Source: Octopus sinensis
Taxonomy: Eukaryota
Reading direction: 5' to 3'
Length of the DNA: 64,000 nucleotides
NCBI RefSeq assembly: GCF_006345805.1
Contig: NC_043009.1
Span: 28,086,001-28,150,000, forward strand
The notes below the pieces were generated by a model. It saw nothing but the letters and a program-made list of their open reading frames with translations, ran no database searches and was not told the origin of the DNA. Positions 15,020 through 27,115 of the stretch are shown one piece after another. How positions within the stretch are numbered: the stretch's first letter is position 1; every line of letters begins with the position of its first letter. The position numbers were made by a program, and so were the translations under genes.

Positions 15020-15926
15020 CAAAGAAGAAAATGTTGATGTTTATTTCCAGGATAGCATTCAGTGAATGAGGGAAGTGAAGCTGATTATCACCTATAGCTT
15101 CACATTGTGTCTGTAAAGCCTATGGCACAACTGTTTATTTTATAGTTCACTCATTCTCTTCAGTTGTGAAATATATAGTGAACTGGTTATTTGTTCTACT
15201 TAGAAGGGGGACAACAGATGGTGGGCTCTGAGCACACTTAATCTCAGCTCAGAATATATAGAAAGGAAAAAACTGAAAGCATGTGAGGTTTAAAGCCCTC
15301 TCAATTACTTTAAAATTAAATACAATAAATAACCATAGTCTAGTGGAATCTGAGTTGGAAAATTATTGACTAAATTTTGCAAGTTGTCATAAATTTTCTT
15401 CCCAAGAAAGACTTTCCCCAAGACATCAGAATTATTGCATGGCCGCAACATATGCATTGTAAAATTTATTGAAATAAAAAAGATATTAATTGACTGCAGT
15501 TCATTGACGATATTGGCTCTACATGTTACTTATTGTTTTAAGGGATTTGCATTTTAATATATAATTTGCATTCACATAATATGTCACAAATTTATAGTTT
15601 AGAGTGTATGATAAAGATGTTTTGTTTTGGTTAAGAGATGGATAGACAAGAGCCTGTATGAAGTTCCAGATACAAAATATTTATCATAAACAAAAAGGTT
15701 ACAATGAACGACAGAAAGAAATCTAGCCAATCGAAGCAGTTCAAAAGTTCATGTAAGATGTGTGTCAACAATAACAGTAGACTACAGCAGTTGTGGAATG
15801 GTGTTGCTGAAGTTGTGTGACATACGTTTGTGCAGTGGTTCACAAATGATGTTCAGTGGTGTAGATTCTCGCAGCTTGCTGTTTTAAGCTGAATCATGAC
15901 TTCTGTCTAATAAGCAGATTAACATG

Positions 15927-15960
<34 letters not shown>

Positions 15961-17604
15961 TCTGTCAACGAAAAGGTGTCAAAAACAAAATTGTTAACGA
16001 CGTCCTGTTTTGACTACTTGATTCTGTATGAGATACGGGTGGTCAGTTTGCTGATGTCATCATTGTTTGACAGCATATTTTTGTTATTTAGTTATCATTT
16101 GTCTGAGCACAGTGATTTGGGTTCTATTCCAAGGCACTCCGCCAAATATTCCTGCCACAAGAGTAACACGAGATTGTGTAATTTGTATTCCTTTCTCGGA
16201 TTGTGTGAATGAAACAGCAGTTACAAAACGGACACTAACAGAAAACACTTTGGAAAGAGTTAAAGAGACTGAGTAGTATATAAAAATCGTTTGCTTTACT
16301 TAGTAAGGATTAGAGGAATAATAAAGGCAAGGATCTTATTAGTACATCATTAAATGGCTTCTATTTGCTCATAAGTCTTGTGTCTATTTGAATTTCATTA
16401 TACTTTTATTCCATCACCAAAGTATGAAGCTGATGTTATTTTATAGTAAAATAACCACATCATCTTTGTCGATTTTATCGAAAATACAACATGATGTTCT
16501 TGATAGGAAACATTAGTTTTTTTCCATCTTAATGTAGAAATAAGCTCCAGAAAAAGCTATAAGCAATCAATAAATGCAGATCGATTTAAAAAAGATCAAG
16601 CAGAATTATTGTGGCATAAACTGATAGGTCAGAAGAAATTGCACCGTTTCCTTTTTCTTTTTTTTCATTTCTATCAGTTTTTGTCAATAATGTTGATAAA
16701 TAAGAAATTACAGTTGTTTAATGAATTCTGATACCTGCTGGCAGTTATTAGTACGGTCCACAATTTGAAGATCTTTTTATAAAACAATAAATCACAGATT
16801 TTTCACATAAATATAAAAATTCTCTACAAAGTAGAATCGGTAGAAAACAACAATAAAATGGTGGTGAAGCGTGGGTTTTGTCCAGAAGTGTATCAGGGTG
16901 GGTGAGGGCGATGTGGGACTTGGAGGGGAAGAGAGGTGAGAGGGCAAAGGGAAGCGAAGAGGAATGAGGGTAAACAAGGGGCGAGTGTGGACGAGGGTAA
17001 CGAGGCAGGAAATGTTTTTATGGGTGTGATACTTTTGGGTCTGTTGTATAAGCCTGTAAAGGCTTCAGGGAGCCTGCTGAGGGGCGACAGACTCAAGGGT
17101 TTCCTTGAGCAACACACTAATTACACTGCTGGTTTTGCTCACCATGTACCATTGGCAAAATGGCAGCTTATTTCCTCACATAGAATATATCTTTGACTAC
17201 AGCAAGCATACACACACATATATAAAGTGGATGCACTCTGCAGTTCATACCCCACATCCCACACAACCACTACCACATCATACCACTGCATTAAAGGCAA
17301 CAAGACCATAGTTGAAAACACTTGCCTAAGGTGCCATGTAATGGACCTGATCCCAAAACCCCATGGTTAGGAAGTAAATTCCTTAACTTCACAGCCACAC
17401 ACACTCAATGTTGCCTATATTAACCAAAAATTTCAGTTATCTGCTTTTAACTGAATTATCACCCATTTTTTTTAGATTTTTAAATCCCTTAAGAAATAGT
17501 TATTTGTCAGTTTATTAAGGTTTCAGGCTCACTGAATTAAACATGTGAAGGCCAATGGTAAGTATACTCAGAGTACAGAATACTATTCTTGAGTTTTTAT
17601 TTAC

Positions 17605-17670
17605 CTCAACCAAATTATTGGTTAATATTCCCCATTCGACATATCTATGCTTTATGTTCAAGCAAATTGC
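17605..17670 (-). CDS. Candidate internal exon (AICLNIKHRYVEWGILTNNLVE)
   Basis: Acceptor tttacaaaccttaAG (weak), donor GAG|GTaaat, 66 nt, phase 0-0. Confidence 0.25.
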
Positions 17671-17846
17671 CTTAAGGTTTGTAAACGAAGTATGAATATG
17701 ATCAACATGCAACAGAAATATTAATGGAATTATCTATCATTGCCAGAAAATATTATTACATCAAAAATACAACAAGAATGCCAACATATTTTGTCTTGCT
17801 GTCTCTAATGTTGACTTATTAATTCTAGATTGTCCTGAGAATGTGT

Positions 17847-17958
<112 letters not shown>

Positions 17959-18245
17959 ATATATATATATATGTACAAAATACACTTTATAACTTAAAGC
18001 CTAAATTCACTGTGTTTTGTATGTAACACTGATTCTTATATATTTATAGATATTATATGATTTTTATCTATTTATATATATCATCATATTTATATATGTA
18101 GGATTTTATATTCGTTCTGTAGATATAAATGAATATATGAATATATGTATGTATATGATCTTTGTGTGTGGATCTTAGTAATGTTCGCTTAGTTCCCGCT
18201 CGCATTGCCTCTGCTCAAATTAAAAAGTGGTATATCTATCTATCT

Positions 18246-18301
<56 letters not shown>

Positions 18302-18574
18302 GTGAATTAAGTGCATCGCGAGTGTTGTAAACATTATCGACTGCACATACTCAATGTGTGCGTTTGTGTGTTCTGCTTGCTGTTAAGCACCTGAATGGTG
18401 ATTCCCTCATTACACTAGGTGTTTTTTCTAACTCGTTGATCCCTTTGAAGTATTTTAACACCCACTGCAATAAGAAAGTCATCCTTCAAGTGCTTTAGTG
18501 CAGCAAACCGGCGAACAAATATACAAATACAGGCATATGTGTATGTATATGTATATATGTGTGTGCATATATAT

Positions 18575-18758
18575 ATTTTAAGATCTACAAAGATCAGAAC
18601 TTAACTGCAGCTGTTGGTGGTCCAAATCGGATACGCAATCTATGTGGGTGTCTTTTCAATATATCGTCTGGTTTAAAAAGCCACAACAGATGCCATGATG
18701 GATCTAAGGTGTTGGTACAGGAGGTGGTCAGACTCTGCAAAAGGAGTAGACAACCACC
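18575..18758 (+). pseudogene. RTE-type LINE C-terminal zinc-finger/3' remnant
   Basis: Translates ...RNLCGCLFNISSGLKSHNRCH..., a decayed C2H2-like motif typical of RTE C-termini; flanked by (TA)n. Confidence 0.55.
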
Positions 18759-19014
18759 ATATATATATATATATATATAATACAATAATAACTATATAAT
18801 AACATTTAATGATAATAATATTTACAATGGCGGTGCCCCAGCATGGCCACAGCTCGTGAGCTGAAAGTAGATAAATTTTTTTAAAAATTAAAAATCTGAT
18901 TTATTGTACCATGTGACTTTCATAGTTGCTCTATCTCTGTAACTTACAAAGCTTTCAGATTTGTTTACAAATATATATATATATATACACTTCCACATAC
19001 ACATGCATACATGT

Positions 19015-19400
19015 AGGTGTGGCTGTGTGGTAAGAAGTTTGCTTCTCAACCACACGGTTCCAGGTTCAGTCCCACTGTGTGACACATTGGGCAAGTGTTC
19101 TCTACTACAGTCTGGGGCAAACCAAAGCCTTGTGAATGGATTTGGTAAATGGAAGCTGAAAGAAGCCCGTCATATATATGTGTGTGTGTGTGTATGTGTA
19201 CATTTGCTTCTGTATGTGTGCATTTGCATCTGTATGTGTGCATTTGCTCCCTGAACACCGTAAGTTAGTAGATCGGTAAAATGAGACCGATATAATAAGT
19301 GTCAGGTTTAAAAAATAAATTACTGGGCCGATGCATTCGACTAAAAAATTCTTCAAGGCTGTGCCCCAGCATGGTCGCACCCTAATGACTAAAAGAAAAA
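19015..19400 (+). mobile_element. tRNA-derived SINE, family A
   Basis: Same head, body and tail as 12322. Confidence 0.85.
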
Positions 19401-20315
19401 ATATAAGATGAAAGATATATATCCGTATAAATATATATAAATTATATGTGTGTAGAAATCACTAATTTATTGTTTTATAAAGAATCTTCAAATTATGGAC
19501 GGTGCCAATAACTATGAAAATTATTAAAATTCATTAAGCAACTGTAATTTCTTATTGATTTGCATTATTGGGAAAAACTGGCGGACGACAGAAATGAAAA
19601 GGTGCAAAGTTTTCTGACCTATCAGTTTTACACACCAACTATTCGATCTTTTAAAATCAATCTACATCTATTGATTATTTATAGGTTTTTCTGGAGATTT
19701 TCTCTACATTAAGATGGAAAAATATTGTTTCCATCAAGAACATTGTGTTGTATTTTTTGAAAAATCGACAAAGATGATGTGGTTATTTTGCAATAAAATA
19801 ACATGGACTTCATAAGTTAGTGATGGAATAAAAATAAATAAATTCAAAGAAACTCAAGAATGATATGCTTATAATATCCTTGCCTTTATTACTCCTCTAA
19901 GATTTACTTAGTATGACAAAGAATATCAAGTCTTTCTAGGCCATTTCCAAAGTATTTTACAACCGTCTCTATTTTGAAATAATTATTTCGTACACCTCAA
20001 AGTGTACAACTTGCAAAAGCATTTGCATGCCGGAAAAACTACTATCAGTCTCGACACTTTGTGTTCAAATTCCATGGAAGTCAACTTCGCCTTTCATATT
20101 TTTGGGATTGATGAAATAAATATCAGTTGAGCATTGGAAGCGATGTAGGCAACTAACTCCTGCCCTCTGCTAATATTTCAGGCCTTGTGCCTATAGTAGA
20201 AAGGATTATTTCATAGATAATCCAACACGACACTACCTTTCATTGTCAATAATAACGTGATACACTCTCTGTAAAAGAGACAAGCTCTCAAATATAAATT
20301 TGCAAATATTTGAGG

Positions 20316-20622
20316 GAGTGGCTGTGTGGTAAGTCCCACTGCATGGCACTTTGGGAAAGTATCTTCTGTTATAGGCTCGGGCCGACCAAAGCCTTGTGAG
20401 TGGATTTGGTTGACGGAAACTGAAAGAAGCTCGTCGTATATATGTATGTATATATACAGATATATATATATGTGTGTGTGTGTGTGTATGTGTGTTTGTG
20501 TTTGTCCCACCAACATCGCTTGACAACCCATGCTGGTGTGTTTACGTCCCCGTAACTTAGCAGTTCGGCAAAAGGGACCCATAGAATAAGTACTAGGCTT
20601 ACAAAGAATAAGTCCTGGGGTC
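20316..20622 (+). mobile_element. tRNA-derived SINE, family A (head deletion, 3' truncated)
   Basis: ggctgtgtggtaagtcccactgcatggcac... lacks ~30 bp of the head. Confidence 0.85.
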
Positions 20623-20668
20623 TTATTTTTCAATGTTGTTGTTGTTATTATTATTATTATTATTATTT

Positions 20669-20950
20669 GGGCCACTGCCTGGAATCGAACTCGCAATCTT
20701 GGGGTTAGTAGCCCACGCTCTTAAACACTACGCTATATGCCATGCCCATGGGCATATAGCGTAGTGTTTAAGAACGTAATATGTTTAAGAGCATAATATG
20801 TAATAATAACATCGAAAAATACCTTAGGAATGAGAACCCAGGTTCGAAATTTCCCCAAGACACCCGATGAAGACTGGAGGGTATATCAGCCAAAACGTTG
20901 TGTTAACAACAAACAAGATGAGGACAAATATCCATCAAATGTAAATAACG
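20669..20950 (+). mobile_element. tRNA-headed HHR-bearing short element with inverted 5' head copy
   Basis: Minus-strand tRNA-like head 20669-20741; 22-bp perfect palindrome arms 20720-20741/20751-20772; then (TAA)n-aacatcgaaaaatacc...HHR tail shared with 40489-40660. Confidence 0.7.
20860..20903 (+). ncRNA. Minimal type I hammerhead ribozyme, mutated copy
   Basis: acac-CCGATGAA-gactg(10)cagcc-AAAAC-GTT-gtgt; U4C and G12A relative to the consensus core. Confidence 0.6.
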
Positions 20951-22428
20951 TTTCTTTGTCCTATTAAGTCAGTTATTTCCCCTTTTGCTATGTACTAAAC
21001 TATTACTATCTTCTAGCATAGTAACCATAGCCATTACTTGCAAACGATTATTTCTTGGTAACATGTGCCGTACTTTCACTAATTATATTAGGTGTCAATT
21101 TAATCACAAGCATAGACACCAAATAATCTTCACCCTTTAATTAAGCAGAACATTAAATGTGTCTGCTGAAAGAGAAGGGAGAGACGGCTATCACAGAAGA
21201 TGACTGGTATTTATCTTTACTTGAAAAAACTGGGGTAATGTGAAATGAAGAGCCCTGCTCAAAAGACCAAATACCACAAGGTCTAGGGATCGAACTGATG
21301 GCCTTATGTCCATGAACACAACACCTCTTTCCTCGCAGCCACGTGCGCCTTTCCTGTATTAACGGTAAAATGTGTTAAGTCTGGCTAAAGATGAAGTACT
21401 AAAGATGAGTACTAGCATATATTTTATTATGAAATATTTCGGTATGAGAAGAGATGATTCCATTCAAGACATATAAGAATGAAATTTGGTCAATCTCCAT
21501 GTTTAAGATAACTGAAAATACGATTGTATTTATTGTGTAAAATAATCCTAATCTTTGGAAATTTATTGTTTTCTCACAATGGTTTATTTTTGCTTGGTTT
21601 TGGTTATAAATTCTTCTTGGCAACTTATCAGACGTGATTTACACTTCCCATCTATTCAATAAACTATTTAACACTTTCAAATCTTGTACGAAAGTCTTGG
21701 TTATTTATTTTATTTCGATAATCCATTAACATAAAGAACTAAACGTTTGTTATTACATAATTCCTTATCTAACAATGGTAAGAAATGGAATGTGGTTTAG
21801 AAGTGAGTTTTACATGCCAACAAATGAAATGGTTTCTATAGATATATGAGGCTAACTGCTAACAAGAGAATATACGACAAACAAATATACACACAACGCT
21901 TAATTTATCATCATTTTAATATCTACTTTCCTATGCTTGCATGGGACGAATGCCATTTTAGTCACTGATACACATCCGTTTCCAAGTAAGATATTGCCTC
22001 ACGGCCAGACATGCTTCCGTGGAAGGTTTTTAACAAACAACACTACTTATAAGATCGTAACACTTGCTCAAGATGCTGTGCAATGGGATTGAACCCAGAA
22101 CAATATGGTTTGGAAAGTTTCTCATCCTGGTCATTTAGCTCAATGGTGCAGAGCACTCAGCCGGAGTTTGAGAGGTACAACGTCTGAATCTCCGTAACAG
22201 CTGCTTGTCACATTATTCTGTCTCTAGGGGTATTTATACTCAATTTTCTGAAAACTCTCTGCACAGCTATTCTCTGGTTTTCGAGATTTCGTTAATTTCT
22301 ATCTCTCTCCCTCTCTCTCTCCTTCTATCTCTCTCACTCCCTCTTTCTTTCTCTCTCTCTTTCTACATATATCTACATATGTATGTATGTATGTCTGTCT
22401 GTATGTATGTATGTATGTATCTATCTAT

Positions 22429-22506
<78 letters not shown>

Positions 22507-22508
22507 GA

Positions 22509-22680
22509 CATGATAGATAACTAGCCACTAAAGCTTTTCTATTTTTCTCCTTGTTTATTTCTGTGTTCCTTTCTGTAGAAGAGCGTAGGCTTGAAACGTA
22601 AAAGATTTTCTCACTTCCCGAGCGTTAAACTAATACATCTGTTTGTTGTTTACACATCCGTCTTTTTTTTTGTAATTTCT
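22509..22680 (+). mobile_element. Short Penelope-pLTR-like repeat with variant HHR
   Basis: Homologous to 41395-41582; begins immediately after (TA)n. Confidence 0.6.
22569..22604 (+). ncRNA. HHR-like motif with non-canonical CUGUAGAA core
   Basis: cttt-CTGTAGAA-gagc(gtag)gctt-GAAAC-GTA-aaag; stems I and II pair. Confidence 0.5.
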
Positions 22681-23021
22681 ATACATATGTGTGTGTGTGT
22701 GTGTGTGTGTGCGTGCGTTCGTGTGGGTGCGCGCGTGCGCGCATGTATGCATATGTGTATGTGTACGTATGTATATGTCTGCGTCTGCAGATTCTATGAA
22801 TGAAATTTTACTTTCTCCACGCCTATTGGAGTAATTTCCTGTTATTCAACGGATTTTTCATAGCATCTTTGTTTGTCTTAACTAATGAGATGCTGGAGCA
22901 GACTTCAGCCCCAGCATCTGAAACTGAGTTTTATTATGACAACCAACTAATTGTCACATATTATATTCATTTATATGTATGTATATTTATATATATATTA
23001 TATATATATATATATACACCC

Positions 23022-23253
23022 ACAAGCGAGGTCGTTGCCAATGCCGCTGGACTGACTCCTGTGCAGGTGGCACGTAAAAGCACCCACTACACTCTCGGAG
23101 TGGTTGGCATTAGGAAGGGCATCCAGCAGTAGAAACTCTGCCAGATCAGATTGGAGCCTGGTGCAGCCATCTGGTTTGCTAGTCCTCAGTCGAATCGTCC
23201 AACTCATGCTAGCATGGGAAGCGGACGTTAAATGATGATAATGATGATGATGG
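23022..23253 (+). mobile_element. RTE-tail repeat, family C
   Basis: Same tail as 3390-3872, ending in (GAT)n. Confidence 0.8.
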
Positions 23254-23598
23254 TTATATATATATATAACATCACTGTTATCACAACCATTTAGTATCCA
23301 TCTTCCACACTACCATGGATTTGGTGGATTGAAAGAATATGACTAGATGGAGGTCTGTCTGCTCTGATATAACCTTTAGCATGTTTCCTACTTTTATCAT
23401 CAACCCCTGTACGGGGTGTACAGAGACTAAGGATACACGTCTTTGGGGAAGGAGAATAAGAGACAGAGTAGTAAAGTTTTGCACGATGTTCAAAAGGTAA
23501 TGTATAAAGGGAGGAGTAAAGACAGGTTTGTTGTGAGACTTGTTCAAGACTATTTTGCAATTTTCCATGGGTGTGTAGGAGGGCTTGTATGGTGCTAG

Positions 23599-23810
23599 AA
23601 AGGGAGGTAGGTATGGAGTGATGCTGCAAAGGAAGATAAACATGGAGTAGCACTACAAAGGGTGGTAAACATGGAATAAAACTACAAAAGCAGGTAAATG
23701 TGTTGTTCTACAAAGGGAGGTAAATATGTAGAAGTGCTATAAGGGGGGGATAAATACGGAGTAGTATAAAGGAGGTAAATATATTGCAGTGTTACAAAGG
23801 GAGGAAAATG
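23599..23810. repeat. Degenerate ~27-29-bp minisatellite, ~8 units
   Basis: Recurrent aaagggaggtaaa(t/c)atg...(c)tac units. Confidence 0.75.
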
Positions 23811-24501
23811 TGGTGGTGGTGTGGTGCCAGATTGTAACCTCAAGGTAACATATCTAAGAAGATGAGTCAAAGACTTCATGTCGACAGTAGAATTATCTGG
23901 TATGTGTGTGTGATTTGTATGTGTAGATAAGCTTTGGCTGTTTGAGAAAGTCATCGGAACATGTTACAGTCAGATTAAGATATTTATAAAAGAGCAAAAT
24001 CACAAAAAACCCATACTAAGACAAACTAGGAAAAGTTTCCTGGACACAATCAACTCTAAAAAATGCAAAAGGTAAGACCTAAATAATTATTGAAAAGCAA
24101 TATAACCGAGGAAAAACCCTAATAACTCTGGATAAAGTAATATAAATGTGTCAGGCTTAGATATCTTCAGAGAAGCAATATAATTCTTTCAAAATTCATA
24201 TACAAAATCGTAATAAGATTTATTTGTCTTATAAAATCTTACGAAATTAAGGTTCTATTGAGAAAAGGAAAATTCCTTAGCTTTAAGTCTTGGCTTCTCA
24301 ATTTCCTGGAGTATATAAATCAATCAAAGTATAATGCATTTGTTAAATTTTATTTTCTTTTGTCTATTTTTTTTCATTCATTTATTATATATGTTTTTTA
24401 GAATTTTGTTATTTTCTTGCAACTTACTAAAATTTCAAATTTGAGATTTGACAGATTTGTTCCTGCCCCTAAAACTTTTATTGGTGAAATATGCAAAACA
24501 G

Positions 24502-24548
<47 letters not shown>

Positions 24549-24558
24549 TATCTATCTA

Positions 24559-24642
<84 letters not shown>

Positions 24643-25089
24643 TTCTCCCTCTCTTTCTCTCACTCTCTCTCTGTATATATATATATATATTTATATATAT
24701 ATACTTATCTATTTATCTACCTACCTACCTACCTATCGATCTACTTACATGATGAAAGTTACCATTGCTGTCACCCCCAACCACCACCACCAATAACAAC
24801 AGCACCCTCCCCACTAACACCACCACCAACATCATTGTTTGTTGCTTTTATTTCCATACACTTAAATGCAAATATGCCTTAATCTTAACAGTTAATATGC
24901 GGCGTTCATGTTAATACCCCATTAAAAGACACCATTGTGATCTCCGTTGCCAAAAATATAATCGAAATCATGGAGAAAAAGATTCGTATATAAATTAACA
25001 AATGGTAAAAAGCCATTGAAGAAGAAAATGAAAACATCTGAAGAGATGCAGGTATTCGAAATGAGAATATTTCAGCTTTTAATGAATAG

Positions 25090-25127
25090 ATAGAAAATAA
25101 TAATAATAATGATGATAATGATAATGA

Positions 25128-25161
<34 letters not shown>

Positions 25162-25210
25162 GGTGGTGGTGGTAGTAGTAGTAGTAGTAGTAATAATAAT
25201 AATAATAATG

Positions 25211-25267
<57 letters not shown>

Positions 25268-25450
25268 TAACAAGAAGCAGAAGAATGGTAATAGTAATAG
25301 CAACAACAACAACAATAACAATAATGATATTAATGATAATGATGTTGATGATGATGATGAGGATAATGATAATAATAATGATAATAATAATAATAATAAT
25401 AATTATAATAATAATAATAATAACAATAATAATAATAATAATAATAATTC
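25090..25450. repeat. Compound trinucleotide array (TAA/GAT/GGT/TAG)n
   Basis: Directly visible. Confidence 0.95.
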
Positions 25451-26726
25451 AAAGAAGTTTTTTATTATTGTTATTGATTTTTACTTATTCAATGTAGTTT
25501 TCTTCTTTTTTCACAAATTCCATATCTATTGACTTATCTTTTAGAAATCTTTCATGCATCAACATCATAATTCAAGATTTTTCTTTCTTTATATCCTCCA
25601 GAATAGATGCAAGTACATTAATTTTAATTTTACAGTCCTATGTATGCCTGGATTAGCATGTTTATCATCCTGCTGCAGCATGTTGTTAAATTTTAATGTT
25701 GTTGCAATGGCAGGGTAGGACTGGAAAGGAAACTGGTCGCTGCCAGTTCAAATTTCATGCAATAGAAATTACTTTACCATGGAAATTAATTTTATGTTGC
25801 GAAAGTCACTGAAAATGTTGCAAATTGCAATGAATGAGCTTTGACAAAAATATAAAAAAAACACAACATAAATAAGTAAAAACAGCAAATGATTTGCTGT
25901 TTAACCAAGTTAAACAAACAATCAATTAGTTAGTTGAATATTTAACCAATTGACTAATAATAAAGAGTGGAATTGAACCAGTGCATGTGTTAATAATACT
26001 GGTGTAATGACCCTCCCTAGACACAGTAAATACTGTAAATTTTTTTATATATTCTATTGTTTTATTTTTAGTGAGCAGAGCAGCTGGTATTCTTGATGCT
26101 TAACAGCCTCCAAAATTAATGGGGATGATAATGGAAGGCATCTTCAAACTGAAGCTCTCATTTGTATATTTGCAACGAAGTGGACTGTGGTAAAGCCACC
26201 CAAGATACCAGATAGTGGAGTTATACTAAGCAATTGATAAACTCTGCTACTTGGTGGGTTTTGAACTTAGAAGGCAGACAAGCAGAACAAATACCACAAG
26301 GCACCTGTTCTGATGTTCTTACAATGTCACCAATCAGCCATCTTAAATCAGTACTTATTTTATTGATCTTGAAAAGAAGAAAAGTAAAGTTGACCTCTGC
26401 AGGATTTGAACTCAGAACAGAGAAGAAATGCTGTGAAGCATTTAGTCACATGTGCTACCAACTCTGCCAGTTCAATATTTCTTATAGCAATGAAACATGA
26501 GCCAAATAATTTTAATTAAGAATTGCGTCGCCAACTTAACTATATGTTTTCCATGCAGATAGCATTCTTTGTAAATCATCTAGATGAATTAAAACGTTTA
26601 ATTTTACACTTTATAATTTATGCCTCTTTTCCATATTAATTCTCTTCTCTAAATTTGTTTGCTTTTTTACTATTTTACATTCATTTTCCTATGTTAACAT
26701 GCCTCCAATTATTTCTATCAACTTAA

Positions 26727-27115
26727 ACAGGCACAGGAGTGGCTGTGTGGTAAGTAGCTTGTTTATCAACCACTTGGTTTCGGGTTCAGTCCCACTGTAT
26801 GGCACCTTGGGCAAAGGTCTTCTACTATAGCCTTGGGCCAACCAAAGCCTTGTGAGTGGACTTGGTAGATGGAAACTGAAAGAAGCCTGTTGTGTGTATA
26901 TATGTTTGTGTATGTCCCCCCACAACATCACTTGATAGCCAATGCTGGTGTGTTTACATTCCCATAACTTAGTGGTTTGACAAAGGAGACTGATAGAATA
27001 AGTACTTGGTTTACAAAGGATAAGTCCTGGGGTTGATTTGCTTGACTAAATGTGGTGCTCCAGCATAGCCGCAGTCAAAATGACTGAAACAAGTAAAAGA
27101 ATAAAAGAATAAAAG
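26727..27115 (+). mobile_element. tRNA-derived SINE, family A
   Basis: Same head, body and tail as 12322. Confidence 0.85.

Noticed and set aside
16067-16276. 69-aa ORF with a hydrophobic stretch (VIICLSTVIWVLFQGTPP)
   Set aside because: Two frames are open, the donor is weak, and no family is recognised.
25038-25065. CTGAAGA...GAAAT hammerhead-like string
   Set aside because: Stem II needs a bulge, and there is no stem III/UH or stem I; consistent with chance.
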